From Candidatus Staskawiczbacteria bacterium (GTDB taxonomy: Bacteria > Patescibacteriota > Minisyncoccia > Minisyncoccales > Staskawiczbacteraceae): 44,707 nt of DNA. Position numbers and translations under genes: made by a program. The stretch lies in NCBI GenBank assembly GCA_903854535.1, contig CAINWR010000037.1, forward strand, positions 1 to 44,707. Reading direction: 5' to 3'. The notes under the pieces were generated by a model. The model had not been told where the DNA came from and ran no database searches. It saw nothing but the letters and a program-made list of their open reading frames with translations. Of this stretch, positions 27,676 to 33,981 are shown piece after piece; within the stretch, counting starts at the first letter, position 1, and the number at the start of each line of letters is the position of its first letter.

Positions 27676-27710
27676 ATCCATTTGTGAGTAGCAAATGGAA
27701 GAATGTTTTT
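27676..27710 (+). promoter_or_regulatory. leader hairpin plus T-run (terminator-like) in the 5' UTR of DGR-1 target
   Basis: tccatttg tgagtag caaatgga forms an 8-bp stem followed by agaatgtttttt. It ends about 5 nt before the SD (GGGGA). Confidence 0.45.
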
Positions 27711-27725
27711 TGAAAGGGGAAAGCC

Positions 27726-28406
27726 ATGAGTAATGGCGATGCGGTGCTGGCTCGTCTGTTCAAACTTTGGGCGATGGTTTGCAAGCTTATCATGGATGGT
27801 AAGCGGAGCGCAGAACAAGTTTGCGAAGTTCTGCAGGTCATTGTCGATGAGCGACAAGTCAAGACCAAAGTTGAGGAGTGGTTTGTTTTTTACAAGGAGG
27901 TTTTTGGTCTTGTGCTCGATTTTTCGGAATTGAAAATTCCCGAGCGTCGACCCGGCTTTGATCGTCTGATTGTTGTGGCCCAAGGAATGACGCCACAGCG
28001 ATTGTTTGAGAAATGCCAAGAATTATTTTCGTCATGGAAGTGGACGGAAAAAAACCTTGATGAGATCATTGCGTCTGCACGAACTGCACAAAACGGTGCT
28101 TATGCCGTTTGGGTTCGTGATCGTGTGGAAGCAGATGAAGAAAACAAAAATCTGTCTGCCGACGATCTTTCTGTTAAAGGCGAGGCCGAAGAAACCCTTG
28201 AAGAACGGATACTTCATGAGTTGAAATATTTCCGAGAAACCGGAAAGCACTTGGATGTCCAAAATTGGACACTGTGCTCCGGCTCGCTCTATTCTGGTGG
28301 CCTTGTTCCGTGTACTAACTGGAGCAGTGACTGGTTCAAGGTCGTTTGGTTTCACCCCGATTTCTGCAATGGCGACTTGCGCGCCCGCTCCGCAGTTCCC
28401 CAGTAG
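27726..28406 (+). CDS. DGR-1 variable (target) protein, G+C-rich, no signal peptide
   Basis: 226-aa ORF with SD GGGGA. The last 40 codons are the VR. C-terminal scaffold: GxVPCTNWxSDxFKVxWxHPDxxNxxLRARS. Confidence 0.85.
   Translation: MSNGDAVLARLFKLWAMVCKLIMDGKRSAEQVCEVLQVIVDERQVKTKVEEWFVFYKEVFGLVLDFSELKIPERRPGFDRLIVVAQGMTPQRLFEKCQELFSSWKWTEKNLDEIIASARTAQNGAYAVWVRDRVEADEENKNLSADDLSVKGEAEETLEERILHELKYFRETGKHLDVQNWTLCSGSLYSGGLVPCTNWSSDWFKVVWFHPDFCNGDLRARSAVPQ
28281..28400 (+). repeat. DGR-1 variable region (VR)
   Basis: 120 nt, 103/120 identical to the TR. 16 differences fall at TR adenines and 1 non-A difference at 28398. Confidence 0.9.
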
Positions 28407-28426
28407 TCGTTCGCTTTTTCCCTCGT

Positions 28427-28465
28427 GTCGCTTTTGGTAATGGATTTACCGAAAGCGACTTTTTT
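28427..28465 (+). terminator. intrinsic terminator / post-VR hairpin
   Basis: gtcgcttttggtaa tggat ttaccgaaagcgac forms a 14-bp stem (one G:U) with a 5-nt loop and a T6 run. It starts 21 nt after the target stop codon. Confidence 0.8.
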
Positions 28466-28473
28466 GTTATAAT
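28465..28473 (+). promoter_or_regulatory. candidate extended -10 promoter for the TR-containing RNA
   Basis: TGtTATAAT lies immediately after the terminator T-run. The -35 is weak (ttaccg). Confidence 0.3.
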
Positions 28474-28656
28474 AAATTTGGCTAATACAGCCGGCCCGCC
28501 TTAGGCGAGGTGTCGGTTTGCCAAGAAAATGGGGAACTGCTTGCCTGATTTTAACGAGTTCTGACTCGGAATAACACTCCACAAGGATGGAGCGTAAACA
28601 CAGAAAATTTTGAAAAAGATTTTCGGTGAAACAGAAGAAATTTAGGCAAAATAATG

Positions 28657-28776
28657 GGCTCGCACTATTCTGGTGGCAATGTTCCGTGTACTAACTGGAA
28701 CAGTGACAAGTTCAAGGTCAATTGGAATCACCCCGATAACTACAATAGCAACTTGCGCGCCCGCTCCGAAGTTGCC
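28657..28776 (+). repeat. DGR-1 template repeat (TR)
   Basis: Non-coding copy of the VR. In the VR frame it would encode GSHYSGGNVPCTNWNSDKFKVNWNHPDNYNSNLRARSEVA, rich in AAY codons. The invariant GC block ACTTGCGCGCCCGCTCCG lies near the 3' end. Confidence 0.9.
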
Positions 28777-28783
28777 TAAAAAT

Positions 28784-28810
28784 CAAAAGGAGTTTTTAAA
28801 ACTCCTTTTG
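28784..28810. terminator. 12-bp hairpin 7 nt after TR-1; the 3-nt loop is the avd stop codon
   Basis: caaaaggagttt tta aaactccttttg. The loop at 28796-28798 is the complement of the avd-1 TAA. Confidence 0.6.
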
Positions 28811-29179
28811 TGTTAAAGAATTTATCCAATTATTTATATCTTTGGATATTTCTACTAAATAATTTTCTAGTTCAATATATTTTTTATCTTTAATAATTTG
28901 TAATTCCCAAGAAGTTCTTATCAGTAATTTTAAAGTTTCAACTTTTATATGAGCTGATTTTAAAGGTTTTAGTTTATAGCTTTTATTTTCAAAACGAACT
29001 TCGGTTAATATTTCAATAATGTCTAAACAAGTATTTTCAATTTTCATAAAAATACCAAATCTATCTTTCTTTAAAATTTTAAACGAAATAAAGTAAATCT
29101 TTTTGTAAAAATCACAAAATTTATGCAAAACAGGAATATTAAAATTTCCAAATGTCTGGGGGGGGGTATTATTTGCCAT
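28796..29179 (-). CDS. avd: Avd-like four-helix-bundle protein (DGR accessory variability determinant family)
   Basis: 127 aa, helical, paralog of 39385..39777. The shared pattern ...K.ETLK..L...WE...I.DKKYI.L...L.EI.K.....W fits four-helix-bundle (23S rRNA IVS-like) proteins. It is antisense to TR and RT. Confidence 0.7.
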   Translation of the reverse strand: MANNTPPQTFGNFNIPVLHKFCDFYKKIYFISFKILKKDRFGIFMKIENTCLDIIEILTEVRFENKSYKLKPLKSAHIKVETLKLLIRTSWELQIIKDKKYIELENYLVEISKDINNWINSLTQKEF

Positions 29180-30160
29180 AATATTTTTGAAAAAATTATT
29201 TCTCTTGAAAATTTATTCTCTGCATGGCGAGAGTTTAAAAAAGGAAGAACTAAGAAGAAAGATGTTTTGCAGTTTGAATTAAATTTAGAAGATAATATTT
29301 TTTCGCTTTATAATGAATTAAAAAATAAAATCTATTGTCATTTAAATTATACATCATTTTGTATAAAAGACCCAAAATTAAGAAAAATTCATAAAGCAAT
29401 AGTAAAAGACAGAGTTTTGCATCATGCTATTTTTAGAATTTTATACCCAATTTTTGATAGGTATTTTGTTTTTGATTCTTATTCATGTAGAAATGGCAAG
29501 GGAACATATGAGGCGATAACCCAATTAAATAAATTTACAAAAAAAGTTAGTAAAAATAATATAAGAAATTGTTATGTTTTAAAATGTGATATTAAAAAGT
29601 ATTTCGATTCAATAGATCAAGAAATTTTGCTAAATTTAATAAGAATAAAGATAAAAGATGAAAGTGCAATTTGGCTTGTTGAAAGGGTTATAAAAAGTTT
29701 TCCAGCAGGTTTGCCATTGGGAAATATAACTAGTCAACTTTTTGCAAATATTTACTTAAACGAGTTAGATCAATTTATAAAACATGCATTAAAACAAAGA
29801 TATTATATTCGCTATTGTGATGATTTTGTTGTTTTATCCGAAAATAAGGACTTTTTAGAGAATTTAGTTTTTAAAATTGATAATTTTTTGGAAAATAATT
29901 TGAAATTATCTTTACATAAAGGTAAAATAATAATAGAAAAATATAGGCAAGGAGTTGATTTTTTAGGATATAAAAGTTTTCCGAATTATAGAATTTTGCG
30001 AACCAAAACTAAGAAGAGGATTTTAGATAAGGCAAAAGAAAAGCTTGGAATAGAATCGTTAATTTCTTATTTGGGAATATTAAAGCATTGTAAATCAAGA
30101 AAAATTAAGATGAAATTACTTAAAAGTTATTTTTCTATTGATAAAATATACAAAATTTGA
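29123..30160 (+). CDS. DGR reverse transcriptase 1
   Basis: DGR signature LPLGNITSQLFANIYL ([LIV]GxxxSQ) and catalytic RYCDDFVV (YxDD). Clear paralog of 39757..40728. The first 57 nt overlap the avd-1 5' end on the opposite strand. Confidence 0.9.
   Translation: MQNRNIKISKCLGGGIICHNIFEKIISLENLFSAWREFKKGRTKKKDVLQFELNLEDNIFSLYNELKNKIYCHLNYTSFCIKDPKLRKIHKAIVKDRVLHHAIFRILYPIFDRYFVFDSYSCRNGKGTYEAITQLNKFTKKVSKNNIRNCYVLKCDIKKYFDSIDQEILLNLIRIKIKDESAIWLVERVIKSFPAGLPLGNITSQLFANIYLNELDQFIKHALKQRYYIRYCDDFVVLSENKDFLENLVFKIDNFLENNLKLSLHKGKIIIEKYRQGVDFLGYKSFPNYRILRTKTKKRILDKAKEKLGIESLISYLGILKHCKSRKIKMKLLKSYFSIDKIYKI
29158..29166. repeat. G9/C9 homopolymer inside the avd-1/RT-1 overlap
   Basis: ctgggggggggta encodes GGG in RT-1 and TPP (ACC CCC CCC) in avd-1. 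Confidence 0.9.
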
Positions 30161-30228
30161 CAGGGGGTTTGGGTGGAGTATAATAGAAATATGGAATGCA
30201 AAGATAAAAATTTAAGATAAAAAATAAT

Positions 30229-30498
30229 ATGGTAATAAAAAAATCAAAAGGGAATAAGATAACAATCGATAAGCTTGCACAAATTATTAATGATGGTTTT
30301 AATGGGCAAATGAAATATATGGATGAAAAGTTTGAGAAAATGGGAAAAGATATGGGAGAGATGAAAAGTGATGTTTCGGCTCTGAAGAAAGATGTTAGAG
30401 ATATAAAAAATAATTTGCAGGAAAATGCTAAAACTATAAATAAGCTCGAAATGCGAGTTGATTATGTGGAAAATGTTCTAGCTGTTAAAAAAGATTAG
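30229..30498 (+). CDS. hypothetical coiled-coil protein
   Basis: 89-aa ORF with a heptad-like charged sequence (MGEMKSDVSALKKDVRDIKNNLQENAKTINKLEMRVDYVENV). Confidence 0.5.
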   Translation: MVIKKSKGNKITIDKLAQIINDGFNGQMKYMDEKFEKMGKDMGEMKSDVSALKKDVRDIKNNLQENAKTINKLEMRVDYVENVLAVKKD

Positions 30499-30521
30499 TT
30501 TGTAAAATTATCTAGACTTAC

Positions 30522-30550
30522 AAAAAAATAGACATCCTGTCTATTTTTTT
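30522..30550. terminator. bidirectional terminator
   Basis: aaaaaaatagaca tcc tgtctattttttt. Confidence 0.75.
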
Positions 30551-30561
30551 ATATAATTTTT

Positions 30562-32427
30562 TTAGACTTCGATAACTACGGGTAAGATCATTGGTCTTCT
30601 TTCAGTTTTAGCAAACAAGAAATCGCCAATTTTGTTGCGGATTTCATCTTTGATATAGGTGGCATTTATAGGTTCTGAAACAAATTTTTGGCTATTTATG
30701 CTACTCATTTTATTTATATCTCCATTAATTGGACGAAAACCATCATTATTATTGTTATTGCCATTTCCCTGAGCTCTCATGCTAGATTTTTCTATAATTT
30801 CAATTACTTTTTTGCGAGTTTGGCTTAGTAATTCTTTGTTTTCTCTTAAATAAACAAAACCGCGAGAAATAATATCTGGAGAACCTTTTACTTTTCCTGT
30901 AGCGGTGTCAACTGCAGCTACTATAACAAACATGCCGTCTTCTGCAAGCATTTGGCGGTCTCGCAAAACAACTTCACCAACATCTCCCACACCAAGGCCA
31001 TCCACAAAAACATAATTTACAGGGACTTTATCTTTTAAAATCTCAGCTTTTTCACTGCTAAATTTTATAACAGAACCATTATCTGGCACAAAAACTTTAT
31101 CTTTTCTAAATCCTAAATTATAAGCAATTTTAGCAGCTTCTTTTAAGAAAAAGTGATTTCCATAAACAGGAATAAAATAATCTGGCTTAATTTCTCTGAG
31201 CATATATTTTATGCCTTCAATATTGCTGTGTCCTGAAATATGAACATCAATAATATCAGAATGGTAAACATTATCTGATAATCTATAAAGATTATCTTTC
31301 ACTCTTTGAACAGTTCTTTCGTTGCCAGGAATAACAGAAGAGGAGAATATAACAGTATCTTCTTTTTTGATTTTAACAAATTTGTGATTTCCAGCAACGA
31401 TTCTAGAAAGCGCTGCTTTTTCTTCACCTTGAGCACCTGTGCAGATGATAATTAATTTATTATCAGTACAAGTATGAGCTTTATCTATTGGAATAATTAC
31501 TCCTTTGGGAATTTTTACATATCCTAATTTTTGAGCAAGTTCTATATTTAATTTCATTGAAAATCCATCTAAAGCAACTTTTCTATTTGTTTTATAAGCA
31601 AATTCTATGATTTGTTTTATTCTTTCAATTTGAGAGGAAAAAGTAGCAACAATTGTTCTTCCCGGAGCATTTGATATTAACATATAAAGATTAGCGAGCA
31701 TTTCTTCTTCTGTGACAGATTCTTTTGATACTAATGCACCCAAAGATTCAAGCATCAATATTGTAGGTCTTTTTAGTTTTGATAGGTGAGAGTAATCTAT
31801 AAATTTTTTACTATCTGTACTTTTTTCAACTGTCCAATCTCCAGGATGAAGTATTGTGCCTACCGGAGTTTCAAGTATTACTCCTACTGCGTCCATAACC
31901 GAGTGATCAATTTGGAAAAAAGAAAGATTAAAAGCTCCAAGATTTATTTTTTGTTTTAAATCTTGTATGTATAAAGTTTTCAGCTTCTTTGAAGAATTTT
32001 TATCAAAATCTTCAACCCTGTGTTTTACCATTTCAAGAGTTAAGGGGCGACCAATAATTTGAGGGTTATTTAATTTTTTAAGTAATATTGGAGCTGCCCC
32101 AATATGATCTAAATGTCCATGTGAAAATATTACTCCTCTGATATTTTTTTCTTTGCCTTTTAAATATTCTGTATTTGGAATTACAAAATCTACTCCAGGC
32201 ATGTCTTCTTCTGGAAATTGTAAACCCATATCAAGTATAACAATATCTTGTCCGTATTCAAAAATAGTCATATTTCTGCCTACTTCTTCACATCCACCCA
32301 AAGGGATAATTTTAAGTGAATTATCTCCTTTGTAATTGTTTTGATTAGGTTTTGTAATGATTTGTTGTTTTTTGCTCATTCCGTATTGAGTGTTATTTAA
32401 TTTTACGGGATTTATTTTTTGTTCCAT
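30562..32427 (-). CDS. rnj: ribonuclease J
   Basis: Metallo-beta-lactamase motif FSHGHLDHIGA and the beta-CASP/RNase J architecture (IIPLGGCEEVGRNMTIFEY...). Confidence 0.85.
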   Translation of the reverse strand: MEQKINPVKLNNTQYGMSKKQQIITKPNQNNYKGDNSLKIIPLGGCEEVGRNMTIFEYGQDIVILDMGLQFPEEDMPGVDFVIPNTEYLKGKEKNIRGVIFSHGHLDHIGAAPILLKKLNNPQIIGRPLTLEMVKHRVEDFDKNSSKKLKTLYIQDLKQKINLGAFNLSFFQIDHSVMDAVGVILETPVGTILHPGDWTVEKSTDSKKFIDYSHLSKLKRPTILMLESLGALVSKESVTEEEMLANLYMLISNAPGRTIVATFSSQIERIKQIIEFAYKTNRKVALDGFSMKLNIELAQKLGYVKIPKGVIIPIDKAHTCTDNKLIIICTGAQGEEKAALSRIVAGNHKFVKIKKEDTVIFSSSVIPGNERTVQRVKDNLYRLSDNVYHSDIIDVHISGHSNIEGIKYMLREIKPDYFIPVYGNHFFLKEAAKIAYNLGFRKDKVFVPDNGSVIKFSSEKAEILKDKVPVNYVFVDGLGVGDVGEVVLRDRQMLAEDGMFVIVAAVDTATGKVKGSPDIISRGFVYLRENKELLSQTRKKVIEIIEKSSMRAQGNGNNNNNDGFRPINGDINKMSSINSQKFVSEPINATYIKDEIRNKIGDFLFAKTERRPMILPVVIEV

Positions 32428-32512
32428 AATTTTTTATTTTTAATTTGACTTTTTTTATTTAATTTGTTAATTTTATTTTAGTGTTCTTTCTTTTACAAAC
32501 AAGAGGTGGTTT

Positions 32513-32761
32513 ATGAGTGATTACACTGTTCAAGGAAAAGGCAAAAGAGTTATGATCCAATTGCCAGGACATACTCATTCGATGCATTATGAAGTAGCGG
32601 CTTCAATGCTTAGCGTGAATATAGGTCGTCCTGTATTTGGCACTGAACAAGGCATGAGTTTTGATTGGTCGTATGTTGACGATAACAATGTCAACGCTCA
32701 ACTAAATCGCATAATGGAGGTTCGGCCTGATGCGATTATAACTTTTGCTGAACCGAGGTAA
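32513..32761 (+). CDS. G+C-enriched hypothetical small protein
   Basis: GAGGTGG lies 4 nt upstream of the ATG. The ORF encodes 82 aa, is followed by a terminator, and matches no family I recognise. Confidence 0.5.
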   Translation: MSDYTVQGKGKRVMIQLPGHTHSMHYEVAASMLSVNIGRPVFGTEQGMSFDWSYVDDNNVNAQLNRIMEVRPDAIITFAEPR

Positions 32762-32784
32762 TTTTTTTATGCCATCGTGGCAGT

Positions 32785-32810
32785 AGCCCGAAATTCCAAC
32801 GGGCTTTTTT
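32785..32810 (+). terminator. intrinsic terminator
   Basis: agcccg aaattccaa cgggct followed by T6. Confidence 0.65.
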
Positions 32811-32840
32811 GTTACCCAATATTTTATAGAATTTATTTCG

Positions 32841-32925
32841 TGGTGCCGCGGGAGGGAATCGAACCCTCAACCCTTTCGGGATGCGCTTCTGAGACGCACG
32901 CGTATTCCAGTTCCGCCACCGCGAC
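32841..32925 (-). tRNA. tRNA-Leu(CAG), class II with long variable arm, CCA encoded
   Basis: Reverse complement: GTCGCGG TG GCGG..CGC G TGCGT CTCAGAA GCGCA TCCCGAAAGGGTTG AGGGT TCGATTC CCTCC CGCGGC A CCA. It has a 7-bp acceptor stem (one G:U), anticodon loop CT-CAG-AA and a TTCGATT T-loop. Confidence 0.85.
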
Positions 32926-32954
32926 GTTTGTGTTAGATTTATCTTATCACAGAA

Positions 32955-33953
32955 TTATTTAGACATTTGCTTTTTGAAAGATTCGACCATATCTACTGGA
33001 GTAGGATCTATTTTTTGGTTCAAAGCTGTATAGTAAGAAACCCAATCACCTAAAAGTAAAGTTGAAAATATTTTAAACATCATAGAGCCATTTTTAATTT
33101 CTACAAATTCTGTAGTCTTGACTCCATATTTTTTAATCAAATTAGCTGTTAGCTTCATTCTTTTCTGAGTCCTTTCATGATCAGCTTGATCTTTTAAAAT
33201 AATTATAGCAAAATTTTTAGCCCCCAATTTTTTAATACCAGTGAATCCCACCATTTCATTGTGATTTAATTCTGGAAAAACATTGTAAAAGGCAGGAATT
33301 TTGGAGTTCTCATTAAATTTTATTTTCCAAATTCTAGCTACTGATTTAAAATTATTTGAAGCATAAATAATTGGTATTTTTTTATCAATTTTTTTAGCTA
33401 ATTTTTTACCTTCTTTTTCAAGCTCTAAATTTATATCTTTTAGATCTTCTGCTAAATCCATTATTTCAAAGGATATATCTTTTATTAATCCGCAATTAAT
33501 TAAGATTCTAATAAGTGATGAAAATAAATATCCTGTAGCTGATCTTGGCTGTATGCCTGAAGGGATTTTTGCAAAAGGGATATTATTTTGTTTTGATAAT
33601 TCTTCAAATTTACCACCTGAAGCAATAGCTATTACTTTCAAATTTTTATTTATAGCTGTTTGCAGAGATGATAAACCCTCTTCTGTGTTGCCAGAGTATG
33701 AGATGCATATTATTAAACTTAAACTATCTGCGAACTCAGGGAGGTTGTAGTCTCTGTGAATGTAAACGGGAATAGTTGTTGTAATTACTGAGGTGAGAAT
33801 ATTATAAGGTAGAGCAGAACCCCCAATACCACATATAATAATATTTTTGAAATCACCAGAAACTTTAATTTCATTTGCTAGATCTAGGCCAGCTTTTAAT
33901 TGATTTGGAGAATCAATTATTACTTTATGCATGTTTTGTTTATCTGTTGTCAT
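32955..33953 (-). CDS. bifunctional phosphoglucose/phosphomannose isomerase (SIS domain)
   Basis: IICGIGGSALP and ISYSGNTEE SIS motifs, with the remembered C-terminal PGI/PMI domain pattern. Confidence 0.7.
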   Translation of the reverse strand: MTTDKQNMHKVIIDSPNQLKAGLDLANEIKVSGDFKNIIICGIGGSALPYNILTSVITTTIPVYIHRDYNLPEFADSLSLIICISYSGNTEEGLSSLQTAINKNLKVIAIASGGKFEELSKQNNIPFAKIPSGIQPRSATGYLFSSLIRILINCGLIKDISFEIMDLAEDLKDINLELEKEGKKLAKKIDKKIPIIYASNNFKSVARIWKIKFNENSKIPAFYNVFPELNHNEMVGFTGIKKLGAKNFAIIILKDQADHERTQKRMKLTANLIKKYGVKTTEFVEIKNGSMMFKIFSTLLLGDWVSYYTALNQKIDPTPVDMVESFKKQMSK

Positions 33954-33981
33954 ATTTTTGAAAAATTAAAATTATAAAAAT

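Larger units (their letters stand above)
27619..30160 (+). mobile_element. diversity-generating retroelement cassette 1 (promoter, target/VR, TR, avd, RT)
   Basis: See the component features. The TR/VR pair shows adenine-specific differences, with a DGR-type RT and an Avd-like gene. Confidence 0.9.

Noticed and set aside
27633-28582. Seven alternative-frame or antisense ORFs across the DGR-1 target (27633..28019 -, 27659..27868 -, 27733..27933 +, 28006..28224 +, 28032..28355 -, 28255..28440 +, 28352..28582 -)
   Set aside because: Only frame 27726..28406 has a promoter and SD, ends in the VR, and gives AAY-codon logic relative to the TR. The other ORFs are G+C-rich open-frame artefacts, and some cross the terminator.
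29123-30160. Interpreting the two RTs (also 39757..40728) as group II intron or retron RTs
   Set aside because: There are no intron RNA domains, maturase/X-domain extensions or msr/msd-like inverted repeats. The [LIV]GxxxSQ motif, the Avd-like partner and the adenine-specific TR/VR pairs instead identify them as DGR RTs.
32777-32962. 61-aa plus-strand ORF
   Set aside because: It lies on top of the tRNA-Leu gene on the opposite strand.
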